Positions 15,022 to 24,416 are shown, counted from the stretch's first letter. The stretch: 64,000 nt of DNA from an uncultured virus (IMG/VR IMGVR_UViG_3300031994_000073) (IMGVR_UViG_3300031994_000073); one strand, 5' to 3'. A program made the numbers and translations. The notes: generated by a model from the letters alone, not told the origin.

Positions 15022-15276
15022 TTAAGCGACCGAAATTCCCGCTTCAGCAAGTTGTTGCTCAATCAGGAGGCGTTCGCCGATAGCGTTAGAAAGCTGGGCT
15101 CTGTAAAATTCGGCGATCTTTTTCTGATACGGACGAATCGGCAGGGCGTGGGCGTAGTACTTCACTTTCTTGTCAGCAAGGCGGTGCCGCGCTTTTAGAC
15201 GTTCAACGCCTGTGCTTGACTTGATCTGATTGATGATTGCGATTGTGTCTTCTTGATACTGGTCGTATAACTGCAT
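15022..15276 (-). CDS. hypothetical protein
   Basis: 84 aa, AAGGAG RBS. Confidence 0.7.
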   Translation of the reverse strand: MQLYDQYQEDTIAIINQIKSSTGVERLKARHRLADKKVKYYAHALPIRPYQKKIAEFYRAQLSNAIGERLLIEQQLAEAGISVA

Positions 15277-15285
15277 GATAACTCC

Positions 15286-16041
15286 TTAGATGTCGTAGTT
15301 GATAAAAGAAAGATCAAGCCGCGGGTCGCCATACTCACTGTACTTCTTGGTAAACTGCGGAAAGATGGTTTCGTCCATCAACTTGACTTCAGCTTCAATG
15401 TTTCCGTTTACGCCTTTCTTCTTCAAGTAATCATAGATCTTCTTGTCTGTTTCGTTAGAAGTATCATTGTGATTCCAGAATTTCCAGAGGTTACCAATGT
15501 TGTCAATTTTAGCGAGCTTAGGATCAATGATCTTATAGAATGAAGCCCAGAAGATAGCACGATAGCCTGCTTCATATTCATGAATGAACATGGCGTCGTC
15601 ATATTCATCTTCGGCTGCTTCCTTCGGCCAAGACTGACCAAAGTAAGGTAATGAACGGCATACTCCCTTGTCAACTTCAAAGTGGACGAAATGTCCAAAC
15701 TCATGCAAGAACGTAGCGAAAGCCTTGTCATTGAGAAAACGGACGAGGACGCCGTTTTGATCTTTGACTGCTTCAACATCACGTTTGAGCAAGTTGATGG
15801 AAATGCCGAAATGCTGCTTGTGAAGAAAACCTCCGAGCTGGCCTTCACCAGGCATAGAGGCCATCTTCACATGCATGTGGTTCGTTTCATCAAGATTTAG
15901 CTTGAGATAAGCTCCAGGAACTTCCGCCATAGTGTCCATAGCGAAATGCCAGAACTTCTGAGCATTTTCATTTTCAGTAACGAGATGGCACTTTTTCAAG
16001 TCTTCGCCGATGACGAGTATGATGTCAGTTGTCTTTTCCAT
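15286..16041 (-). CDS. putative zincin metallopeptidase (ImmA/IrrE-like)
   Basis: FLHEFGHFVH (HEXXH) plus downstream HEYEA. Confidence 0.65.
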   Translation of the reverse strand: MEKTTDIILVIGEDLKKCHLVTENENAQKFWHFAMDTMAEVPGAYLKLNLDETNHMHVKMASMPGEGQLGGFLHKQHFGISINLLKRDVEAVKDQNGVLVRFLNDKAFATFLHEFGHFVHFEVDKGVCRSLPYFGQSWPKEAAEDEYDDAMFIHEYEAGYRAIFWASFYKIIDPKLAKIDNIGNLWKFWNHNDTSNETDKKIYDYLKKKGVNGNIEAEVKLMDETIFPQFTKKYSEYGDPRLDLSFINYDI

Positions 16042-16044
16042 ATC

Positions 16045-17802
16045 TTATCTCTTGTTGTAGTCTTCGATGTCGTCCATAGAGAGGTGGTAGCGAACCCAAG
16101 GCGGACAAGCGTCTGCATTGTGTGTGCTGATGATGAACACCTTGCGGGCCCACTTGGACTTCGGACGGTCCCAGCTAAATCCGTTGTCAGTGAAGAAGAT
16201 GATTCCACCGTAGTCGAGTCCTTCTTCTTCCAACTTGTCAAGCACGCACTGCGGGTTAGTGCAGCCACGGCCGATAAGTTCAAATTCCTTTTCCTTGCGC
16301 TTGAGGTCAGTGATGTCACCACAGACACCGTCCCAGAAGCAGTAAGAAACTTGAGCGTGCTTGATGAACTTGTTGACGAATGCTTCGCCGAGAGCGACAT
16401 CATCATCGCTCATAGAACCAGAACAGTCAATAGCGAACAGGATAGAAGACTTCATCTTGTGACGCCAGCCCGGAAGATACGGAGTACGGCGGTTACGACG
16501 AGAACGAGTGCTTTCCATCTGTTCAGATTGAATTTCCTGCTTGAAGTGCTTCACAACAGTTGTCGGGTCAAAGCGTGGCGCATTTGCTTCAAGAATCATC
16601 TGCTTCAACATACCGGAGACGTTTCCCCAACGAGAGGAGTCAGCCGCGATGTGTTCGGTGATTTCCTGAATCTTGTCGTCAAGCGAGTCGTTTTCTCCCC
16701 ACTTTTCAGACTTCGTGCGGCCGTTCTCTTCGCTGTTGTCAAAGTAACGATCGAGCGCAGAACCAGCTTGAGACTGGCTCTTTGGCTTTTGACGGAGGTC
16801 CGGCGTGTCACGCTTGATGTTTTCAATCTGGTTCATCAAGTCCTTGACTTGTTCGTCAGTCAATCCGTCAGAAGGAGAACCACCGTTGCCGGAGCCTTGA
16901 CCTTGCTGATCTTGACCCTGCTGTCCGTTTCCGTCACCCTGAGACTGGCCGTTGCCGTCACCTTGGCCTTGGCCCTGGGATTGATTTTGATCTTGTCCTT
17001 GACCCTGACCTTGCTGTTGCTGTTGCTGGCCTTGACCGTTTTGTTGATCTTGCTGATCTTGACCATCCTGGCCTTGCTGTTGATTTCCGTCTTGTTGCTG
17101 ACCATCCTGGCCTTGTTGTCCTTGACCATTCTGATTTTGATCTTTCTGGCCTTGACCGTTCTTCTGCTGCTGTTGCTGGCGCTGCTTCTGCATTTGCTGC
17201 ATAGCGTCCTTCAACATCTTTTCAAGCTTTTCTTTGCGCTGTTGGTTTTGCGCATTTGCTTCCTTGCAGAGGCAGTTGAAAATCTGTTCGTGAATCCACT
17301 GCTTGGACTTGTCAAAGCCGTACTTGTCGAGCACCGGCTTAACCTGAGCGTACGTCGGGAACTGCGGAGCAGCGAGCTTGACTGGATCTTTCCAGCGAGA
17401 AAGGATATGCAAGTCTTCAAAGCAGATCAAATCTGAAGAAAGCATGTTGACGCCGCACGGGTTCATGTAACGAGTCGTGCAGTGATGCAAAGCGAGACGA
17501 AGCGACTCGCCGTAGAAAATCTGTGCGAGCTCAGACGGGTCGTCAAGAGTGTTGATGAAGTACGGGTTGTACTCCAAGCCAGCGACAGAGTTGCCGCCCT
17601 TAGTTGAGAGTCGGACAGTGACCTGTTCGTCCTTCACTGGACGCAAGTCAAGCAGGCCGAAGTAGGCCATGATGGCCGGTTCATTTGTCAAAAACTTAAG
17701 AGCTTCAGTGACCATGACGGAAGCGTCAGCGCAAGCTTCGTCCCAAGACTTCTTAGGAGCAGCGGATTTCGGAGAAAGCATAGCAAGTGGATTAAAAGCC
17801 AT
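16045..17802 (-). CDS. VWA-domain protein (DUF2201-like) with Gln/Gly-rich linker
   Basis: MIDAS IDCSGSM, GRGCT, FFTDNG; long QGQ low-complexity tract. Confidence 0.85.
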   Translation of the reverse strand: MAFNPLAMLSPKSAAPKKSWDEACADASVMVTEALKFLTNEPAIMAYFGLLDLRPVKDEQVTVRLSTKGGNSVAGLEYNPYFINTLDDPSELAQIFYGESLRLALHHCTTRYMNPCGVNMLSSDLICFEDLHILSRWKDPVKLAAPQFPTYAQVKPVLDKYGFDKSKQWIHEQIFNCLCKEANAQNQQRKEKLEKMLKDAMQQMQKQRQQQQQKNGQGQKDQNQNGQGQQGQDGQQQDGNQQQGQDGQDQQDQQNGQGQQQQQQGQGQGQDQNQSQGQGQGDGNGQSQGDGNGQQGQDQQGQGSGNGGSPSDGLTDEQVKDLMNQIENIKRDTPDLRQKPKSQSQAGSALDRYFDNSEENGRTKSEKWGENDSLDDKIQEITEHIAADSSRWGNVSGMLKQMILEANAPRFDPTTVVKHFKQEIQSEQMESTRSRRNRRTPYLPGWRHKMKSSILFAIDCSGSMSDDDVALGEAFVNKFIKHAQVSYCFWDGVCGDITDLKRKEKEFELIGRGCTNPQCVLDKLEEEGLDYGGIIFFTDNGFSWDRPKSKWARKVFIISTHNADACPPWVRYHLSMDDIEDYNKR

Positions 17803-17823
17803 AAGTAAACCTCAATTTCAAAT

Positions 17824-17860
17824 ACGTAGTAAATTTAACAATTTTCAACTAAACTGGCAA
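17824..17860 (-). promoter_or_regulatory. sigma70-like early promoter
   Basis: TTGCCA-17-TAAATT-TACTACGT. Confidence 0.8.
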
Positions 17861-17926
17861 CTAAAAAATCAAGAAAAAATCAAAAATATTACACATTTTT
17901 GACGAAGTCGTCTGAGAATAAGACGG

Positions 17927-17956
17927 AAAAGCCTCCGGATATTTCACCGGAGGCTT
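17927..17956 (-). terminator. intrinsic terminator
   Basis: AAAGCCTCCGG/CCGGAGGCTTT hairpin with T-run, after the AAA ATPase. Confidence 0.75.
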
Positions 17957-17991
17957 TGTTTCTATCTATCTATAACGGAGGTTGAAACTGA

Positions 17992-19185
17992 TTAAGTGTT
18001 CGTGTTGGAGCACTCGATGAGGTACTGCATCAAGTCCGGCGAAGCAGCAGAAACAATACCGACCCAAGCGTGGGTGTTGCGGTACTTGTCAAACTGCGTG
18101 GACGAGAGCTGAACTGCGCATTCAGGCGGAATCTTGTGCATGAAGTCGTTCAAGTTGCGAGAAAGAAGCTTACCGAAATCGGTGATCTTTTTGCCGCTGT
18201 GCATTTCGTCTTCATGTTCCATAATCCAACCACAGACAGATTCGCCAAAGCGGATAGTGTCTGCGATAGACTTGGAGAGTTCCGCAATTTCGTGGTCGAG
18301 TTCTGCGGTCCACTTCGGAGCAGTAAGAATATCCTTCGGAGACAATCCGAGGCCGTGCTGCTTGTAAAATTCCACAAAGCGTCCAGCGATGTTCGGACCA
18401 ACCCAACCCTTAGCAAGGTTTTCAAGGCGGTTGCGGCCTTCCTGGCCATCATAAACATGTGGGTTACGAGCGAGAGCACGCTGCATGTCCTTGTTAAGCT
18501 TGAACCAAGAACGCGGAGACGGACCACGCTGTTTCTTACCGTTAGCGTTACGCTTGGTAGAAATCTTAGCTGCTTCCTTAGCAGCGTTCGGATAAGTATC
18601 GCCCTTGTTTGCTTCGTTATAAGCGATAATCACCGAGAGCACGTGAGACTTACGCCAGAAGTCCATCGTTTCCGAATGGTCCGGAGAAAGTTCAATCTCG
18701 AAGAAGCGGTCCTGTTCTGCTTCGTCAAATTCTTCAACGTCATAGTCACCCTCATCATTCGGGTTCACTGCGCAGATCACGCGAGAGCCTTCCGGGAGTG
18801 CGAAGTTCAAAAGACGGTGGTCGTTACCGATCTGCATCATTGCACGCTTGATAGGCGGAGCAGCACGGTTGATTTCGTCCAAGAAGAGGCAGAAAGGCTT
18901 TCCGTCCTTCGGGAACCAGTAAGGCGGAACCCATGCAGATTCCTTATGTTCAATGCCGTTTTCATCACGGATGGTGACAATTTCCATCAAGCCAATCAAG
19001 TCACCAACGTCTGAAAGCTGAGAGCCCTGAAGTTCGCAGCAGCGAAGTCCACCCCAGTCTTCCTTACAAATCTGTCTGACCAATTCGGTCTTACCAATAC
19101 CGTGCTTACCTCTAATCATCGGAGTATGTTCCGGGCACATATCAACGAGGGTTTCACGGGTGTGAGCAAAGTTAGGCATGTTCAA
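17992..19185 (-). CDS. MoxR-like AAA+ ATPase
   Basis: Walker A GKHGIGKT, Walker B LFLDEINRA, AVNP, DRF, SPRSW. Confidence 0.9.
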   Translation of the reverse strand: MNMPNFAHTRETLVDMCPEHTPMIRGKHGIGKTELVRQICKEDWGGLRCCELQGSQLSDVGDLIGLMEIVTIRDENGIEHKESAWVPPYWFPKDGKPFCLFLDEINRAAPPIKRAMMQIGNDHRLLNFALPEGSRVICAVNPNDEGDYDVEEFDEAEQDRFFEIELSPDHSETMDFWRKSHVLSVIIAYNEANKGDTYPNAAKEAAKISTKRNANGKKQRGPSPRSWFKLNKDMQRALARNPHVYDGQEGRNRLENLAKGWVGPNIAGRFVEFYKQHGLGLSPKDILTAPKWTAELDHEIAELSKSIADTIRFGESVCGWIMEHEDEMHSGKKITDFGKLLSRNLNDFMHKIPPECAVQLSSTQFDKYRNTHAWVGIVSAASPDLMQYLIECSNTNT

Positions 19186-19233
19186 TCTCCTTTAAAAGTT
19201 TTTGCCATCGGCGCCGCAGCGCCATCAATTTCA

Positions 19234-19270
19234 ACGTAGTAAATTTAACAATTTTCAAACAAACTGGCAA
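19234..19270 (-). promoter_or_regulatory. sigma70-like early promoter
   Basis: TTGCCA-17-TAAATT-TACTACGT. Confidence 0.8.
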
Positions 19271-19329
19271 TTGGTAAATTGAGATTTTTTTAAGAAATAT
19301 TACACAATTGACGAAGTCGTCTGAGATTC

Positions 19330-19956
19330 TTATGTCCTGAACTCAAAACCAGATTTTACGGTTTCAAGGGTCTTGAAGTAGTTGTTAAGAGCATTCTTGT
19401 ACTGTCTGAAAGCGTTCAGTGCATAGTCTCTTTCCGCGGTTACATCAGCCATCAAAGCGTTGAACACCATTGGTTCATAATCGCCTGTACGTCCGAGCTC
19501 CTTTTTCTTTTCTCTGTAAGAAAACCATTTTAACTCGCAACCCCAGGGAAAAAGCGTGTCTTCCCGCTTCTGACTGATTCTCGGCTTTAAGATCGCTATA
19601 TTCAGGTAGTTGTCAATCAATACCGACAAATCATCTGCATAGCCATCAAAGAAACTCTGTCCGACGTACTTTTCATACAGCGGCGCAAACTCTTCCTTCC
19701 AGAACTTATCCGTGTTGCATTTAACGCCATAGAAGTCTAAAAGCGTTGACTGTTTCGTCTTATGAAACGGCAACAGATTCCATTGGTCTAAAGCATTATT
19801 GGACACATGTTCAAAACGAAACCAATAATCAGGCGTAAAACCCCAGGCGACGTTTGACGTCGTTTCTTTCATTATTGTTGCGATACCATCAAGTGCAGCT
19901 AGCCAAGACATACTTTCCTCAATCGTTCTAGGATAATAATCAAACTCATTCTCCAT
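19330..19956 (-). CDS. hypothetical protein
   Basis: 208 aa ORF overlapping the upstream stop. Confidence 0.7.
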   Translation of the reverse strand: MENEFDYYPRTIEESMSWLAALDGIATIMKETTSNVAWGFTPDYWFRFEHVSNNALDQWNLLPFHKTKQSTLLDFYGVKCNTDKFWKEEFAPLYEKYVGQSFFDGYADDLSVLIDNYLNIAILKPRISQKREDTLFPWGCELKWFSYREKKKELGRTGDYEPMVFNALMADVTAERDYALNAFRQYKNALNNYFKTLETVKSGFEFRT

Positions 19957-20431
19957 CGCTGACTTCCCAAAAAGTGACAGTCAATTTTCCACCGATGTCC
20001 CAGCCCTTAGAAACAAAGGACATATTCTTGTCAGCCTTGATTTCTGCAATAAACTCTTCGCGTTCCTTTTCAGAAAGGAAAGTCTTACGCTTGAGACCCC
20101 AGATACGAGTGTCTTCCATGTCAGCGACTTGATACTTAATCGGAGTAGCGACAGAAGGCTTTGCCTTCGGCGTCACCGCTTCCTTGATCTTTTCAGCGCA
20201 AGCAGCCTTCGTCTTCTTTTCAGCAGGAACAGATCCAGTGACGGCCTTCTTGGACTTCACCAGTTCGCCGGAAGCGATGTACTGCTTGAAAGTAGTGACG
20301 ACGTTCTTCCACTGCTTCGCATCGCCGGAGCTGATGTCGCGGATAATGTGGTACCATTCGTTCGTGGAGTGGCATTCGCCGTAAGCAGTAGCAGAAATAG
20401 TACCAGTAGTAGAGACGCATTCGTAGTTCAT
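19946..20431 (-). CDS. hypothetical protein
   Basis: 161 aa, AAGGAG RBS. Confidence 0.75.
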   Translation of the reverse strand: MNYECVSTTGTISATAYGECHSTNEWYHIIRDISSGDAKQWKNVVTTFKQYIASGELVKSKKAVTGSVPAEKKTKAACAEKIKEAVTPKAKPSVATPIKYQVADMEDTRIWGLKRKTFLSEKEREEFIAEIKADKNMSFVSKGWDIGGKLTVTFWEVSDGE

Positions 20432-20443
20432 TGTAAAATCTCC

Positions 20444-20824
20444 TTAAGCAGCGAAGTGTTCGCCAAATTCTTTGACAATCTTGGAAGCGATTTTCTTCGT
20501 GTAGTCAACAACGGTGATTCCGCTGTCCTTGTCATCGCTGTTTGCAAGCATGAAGCGATGGTCAAAAGATCCAGACTGGAAGTTATTGATAAGCATGCGC
20601 CAAGCGCTTCCTTTGATCTGAATGGCGACACGAAGCGAAAGATTCTGATAGGCATGCATAGAGCCATCATTGTCTTTGCACTTAATCACGTCAAACCAAA
20701 TGATCGGAGTTTCCTGCGGGTCAATATCCGCGTCAATGGCGTAGTCCTGCCAGCAAGCGTTAGTCATGAGAGAAGCGTTTTCTGCGCGAATGGCGCGGGT
20801 AATAGCAGCAGCGATCTTTTCCAT
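20444..20824 (-). CDS. hypothetical protein
   Basis: 126 aa, AAGGAG RBS. Confidence 0.75.
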   Translation of the reverse strand: MEKIAAAITRAIRAENASLMTNACWQDYAIDADIDPQETPIIWFDVIKCKDNDGSMHAYQNLSLRVAIQIKGSAWRMLINNFQSGSFDHRFMLANSDDKDSGITVVDYTKKIASKIVKEFGEHFAA

Positions 20825-20848
20825 AGTAACTCCTTAAATCAATTTCCA

Positions 20849-20885
20849 ACGTAGATAATTTAACAATTTTTCCTATAGTTGGCAA
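20849..20885 (-). promoter_or_regulatory. sigma70-like early promoter
   Basis: TTGCCA-17-TAAATT-ATCTACGT. Confidence 0.8.
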
Positions 20886-20954
20886 CCCCATTTGGGGGCA
20901 AAATTTAAGAAATATTACACTTTTTGACGAAGTCGTCTGAGATTCCCACGTACG

Positions 20955-21467
20955 CTACGTGCTGTATTGTTCTGCGGCCTCCTTAATTTTGGCGATTTTT
21001 CCTTTCTGTAAATGCAAGTTTACATTTCTCGTAAATTCGCCTAAAACCCGGGTTACCTCAGTTTTCCGCAGAATCTGCTCCTGGTTATCAAACATCTTCT
21101 TTAAGAAAGGATCTGTATTGGCAAGCGTCCACTTTGGAAGTACTTTTTCTACATAACAGGGGGCCTCAATATCGCCTGCTTCTTTTGTGTACAGCAGGTG
21201 ATATGGCATGTTCACATTATAAGCATAGAAGTTAGGAAACGCTTCATTCGCCAGATAGATGCTTTTGTACTTTGAGTGACGGATGAAAGACATCACTAGC
21301 CTGTCTGTAAGTCCAGCATAGAAATGCTCATTCTGGGTGAAAAGCATGAAGGCGTAATACTTCAGCGCCGTTTTCTCTAATACTGCATTCAGACCAAAAT
21401 TCAATGCGAGCTGCTTGATCTCGTCTTCGGAGTAATAGAAGTCTTCTTTCTTTACATTCACTAGCAT
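20955..21467 (-). CDS. hypothetical protein (C-terminal KIKEAAEQY)
   Basis: 170 aa ORF. Confidence 0.7.
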   Translation of the reverse strand: MLVNVKKEDFYYSEDEIKQLALNFGLNAVLEKTALKYYAFMLFTQNEHFYAGLTDRLVMSFIRHSKYKSIYLANEAFPNFYAYNVNMPYHLLYTKEAGDIEAPCYVEKVLPKWTLANTDPFLKKMFDNQEQILRKTEVTRVLGEFTRNVNLHLQKGKIAKIKEAAEQYST

Positions 21468-21907
21468 ACAAAACCTTGAGCGGCTTCCTTGATCTTTTCA
21501 GCCTTAAAGGAGTTCACGTAGCTGTTGATGCGAGCAAACATTTCTTTAACTATCTGTTCAAGACCTTCAAAAGATCTGTCCTGTACTTCAATTACGTCTG
21601 ACGCGATCTTACACTTTCCATCAGCACAGTCAACTCTGAGGAATCGTTCACTGATAAACCATTTTCCGCACTTCGCCCTGCTCAAGAAGCACACAATCGC
21701 ACTTCCTTCAATGATCGCCGGGTGCTGGAGCCTGATAGTTCCATACGGCGTCTGGTACATCTCCCCGTCCATAAAGTCAACGATCCATCCACGGGAGTCA
21801 CAGAACTCCTGTAACGCTTCTTTCGTCATCCATTCAGTTCCATGCTTCGGCGTCACTACCAGCTTGATAGCGCTGAGCATACTAAGCATTCTGCGCGTCA
21901 ATTTCAT
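21461..21907 (-). CDS. hypothetical protein (C-terminal KIKEAAQGF)
   Basis: 148 aa ORF. Confidence 0.7.
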   Translation of the reverse strand: MKLTRRMLSMLSAIKLVVTPKHGTEWMTKEALQEFCDSRGWIVDFMDGEMYQTPYGTIRLQHPAIIEGSAIVCFLSRAKCGKWFISERFLRVDCADGKCKIASDVIEVQDRSFEGLEQIVKEMFARINSYVNSFKAEKIKEAAQGFVC

Positions 21908-22140
21908 CAGTCAGCTCCATCTCGGAAAATGCTAGCGTACTTTACGTCATCGCCAAACGAGTTCTTTTCAGTCCAAGTTCTGTATAAGTCAAGATCAATA
22001 GAAGTAAACTGATAGCTCCCAACGCCACAGTTCTCTTCAATCCATTGGTCTGCTGCTTCCTCAGTCTCAAAGCCTTCTTCATAGACAAGATAGCAGTCTT
22101 GACCATCCTTTCGTTTAAGTCTTGTTACTACAGCAAACAT
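21907..22140 (-). CDS. hypothetical protein
   Basis: 77 aa, coupled stop/start. Confidence 0.7.
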   Translation of the reverse strand: MFAVVTRLKRKDGQDCYLVYEEGFETEEAADQWIEENCGVGSYQFTSIDLDLYRTWTEKNSFGDDVKYASIFRDGAD

Positions 22141-22578
22141 TTACAAACCTTCCGTTATCGTTTCATTGAAGATTTCCCAAATGCGCTTATGCATTTCCGT
22201 GGCTTTCTGCAGCATAGCGACAAGCTTTCCGCCGCTGACATCCTTTGCGCTATTCCATTCAAGAGTGCCTTTCAAGTACTTCGAGTCTTGCTTGTCAAAG
22301 ACGCCAGGGACGTTCAAGAGCTTAGCCTGAGCAGTGACCTTTCCAGCACGCGGATTCGGCGTTTCTTCTTCATTCTTAACGATGTAGTCACGCTGGACGA
22401 TTACTAACACAGACGCAAACTCGTTATGCAGCCTGATAGTGTCAAACCCGTCATAGGGGTTAGCGCAAGTCACCATCTCAAAGTCTACGGGACCATAGTA
22501 GTTAGTCATGAGAGTGATGGGGGTAAGCACGTCGTAGGAAGCAGCGCAGAGTTTCAGTTTCTTTTCGTCCATATTCAA
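22141..22578 (-). CDS. hypothetical protein
   Basis: 145 aa, GGAG RBS, first gene after the promoter at 22594-22630. Confidence 0.7.
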   Translation of the reverse strand: MNMDEKKLKLCAASYDVLTPITLMTNYYGPVDFEMVTCANPYDGFDTIRLHNEFASVLVIVQRDYIVKNEEETPNPRAGKVTAQAKLLNVPGVFDKQDSKYLKGTLEWNSAKDVSGGKLVAMLQKATEMHKRIWEIFNETITEGL

Positions 22579-22593
22579 TCTCCAATTTCAATT

Positions 22594-22630
22594 ACGTAGT
22601 AAATATAACAAATTTCTACTATGCTGGCAA
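22594..22630 (-). promoter_or_regulatory. sigma70-like early promoter
   Basis: TTGCCA-17-TATATT-TACTACGT. Confidence 0.8.
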
Positions 22631-22682
22631 TTGGTAGTCATGAAAATACCTAAAAGTTTACATTCAAAACAAGTTCTATAAG

Positions 22683-22868
22683 AAATGACGTTTTTTGACG
22701 AAATTTATGTACTATTCTATAGGGGTGGAATAGAAATATTTTACATTTCTACGTATTTTTTACATTTTGCAAGTCATTTTGTGACATTTATGACGATTTT
22801 TTAACTTATATACTATAAAATGACGTTTTTTGATGAAATTTATGCAATTTCCCCTAGGGATGGAATAG
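22683..22868. repeat. imperfect ~50-bp direct repeat, 2 copies
   Basis: AAATGACGTTTTTTGAYGAAATTTATG...TAGGGRTGGAATAG at ~22683 and ~22818. Confidence 0.8.
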
Positions 22869-23279
22869 GTATAAACAAGTTAATATGTAAAATTATGCGT
22901 TTCTTTATCTTTTGTCACTGAAGTGTCAGTTTCGCAAAGATTTTTCTTGAGGACTTGAGGAGAAAATTCTCTGCTGACTTCAGGACAGACCAATAAGAAT
23001 AGAAAGGATACGGCAAGAAAGCTCGGCAGTAGGTATGATGGAAGTGAGGAAAGCTCGAGAGCCTCGAGCAAATAGCCGGATTTCCCGTATAATCAAATGA
23101 AACGTCTGCAGACTCATCTGTTTGACTACCATTGATTATTTGGGGTAGTAGAAAGAAATTGAGAAAGTATGAAGGAGACGATTAGTAGATATATTGAAAT
23201 AGATAGAAATAAGGAATGTTGACAAATAGTTAATAAATTGGATATAGATAGTATATAAAAAGTAAAAAGGAAAATTGAT

Positions 23280-24416
23280 ATGAAAATATTGACTAGAGGT
23301 GGTTTCAAGGAATTTGAAGGAGTTCTGAGAAAGAAAAGTAATTGTTATCGTATAGAATTGGAATATACGATAGGGGCGAAAAGTGAGAAAAGGGGGAAGA
23401 CGATGGTCTCAGGAAGTGAGGATCATCGAGTGAAGGTCTGGAATATAGACGGGGAATTGGAATGGAAGAGGCTAGACAAGTTGGTAGTTGGAGACAAGTT
23501 GTACGCCGGAAAAAAAGATGGGAAAACGGGGGACTGGGCTGTCACTAAGATTGACTGTATTGGTGAAAAGTTCGTGTTTACCCCAGTCGCAGTTGGTGGC
23601 GGAGAGTACATGAGCGGGTCTTTTGACCATCATAACTGTTCATTCCTTGGATCTGCAGAGACTTTGATTGATGGTAAGTGGCTAGATAAGATGACGAGCG
23701 TGGAGCCGATAGACTGGAAGTATGGATACTGTATGACAGTGTATGAGGAGCCGAAGAGGGGCGCTTTGTACGTCATGGGAGTGGATAGCGCTATGGGTAA
23801 CGCAGGCGACTATTCTGCAGTGCAAGTGCTGAAAGTTGAAGGAAAGAAACGATATCGTCAAGTGGCAGCGTACCACTGCAATACGATTAAAGCGGAAGAC
23901 TTTGCGTACGTCGTTGATGACATCAGCAAGATGTATAACGATGCACAGTACATTATTGAGAATAACGGAATTGGCAGAAGCGTGGCAGAAGCGCTGATCT
24001 ATGACATTGGAAATGGTAGCATGATTTCTACTGACAAGCACGGAGAACTTGGAACGAAAGCAAGCAAAGACACTAAGCTTGACGCATGCCGAATACTGAA
24101 GAACATGGTCGAGAAAGGTCATTTGACTATCGTTGATTCAGACACGATTGACGAACTTTCAAGATTTGAAGCAGTGACTCCGGAAGTATTTAGAGGAGCA
24201 TCGGGAAAGCACGATGACTTGGTGTCTGCTTTGTACTGGGCTTGCTACTGCTTGACTCAGCCGGAAGTGGACTTGGAAGGAATGACGCCAGGTGGTGGAA
24301 CTAAGGGACTTGCAATGAGCGCCGGCGAAGACACTGAGCTTCCGCCTCCTATCTACATGGATGTGATGGGCGTGTCGGCGCAGCTTGGGTCTGACTTCTG
24401 GAAAGGACTCAACTAG
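23280..24416 (+). CDS. terL: terminase large subunit, C-terminal nuclease half, fused to a split-intein C fragment
   Basis: Hint-like N-terminus ending HHN, then CSFLGS; gp17-like YVMGVDSAMG, IIENNGIG, HDDLVSAL; no ATPase domain. Confidence 0.88.
   Translation: MKILTRGGFKEFEGVLRKKSNCYRIELEYTIGAKSEKRGKTMVSGSEDHRVKVWNIDGELEWKRLDKLVVGDKLYAGKKDGKTGDWAVTKIDCIGEKFVFTPVAVGGGEYMSGSFDHHNCSFLGSAETLIDGKWLDKMTSVEPIDWKYGYCMTVYEEPKRGALYVMGVDSAMGNAGDYSAVQVLKVEGKKRYRQVAAYHCNTIKAEDFAYVVDDISKMYNDAQYIIENNGIGRSVAEALIYDIGNGSMISTDKHGELGTKASKDTKLDACRILKNMVEKGHLTIVDSDTIDELSRFEAVTPEVFRGASGKHDDLVSALYWACYCLTQPEVDLEGMTPGGGTKGLAMSAGEDTELPPPIYMDVMGVSAQLGSDFWKGLN

Noticed and set aside
15946..17436. 496 aa Leu-rich + strand ORF
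   Set aside because: Antisense shadow of the Gln-rich VWA gene: CAG/CAA codons read as CTG/TTG on the other strand.
18070..19014. 314 aa + strand ORF
   Set aside because: Antisense to the AAA ATPase, with no recognisable motifs.
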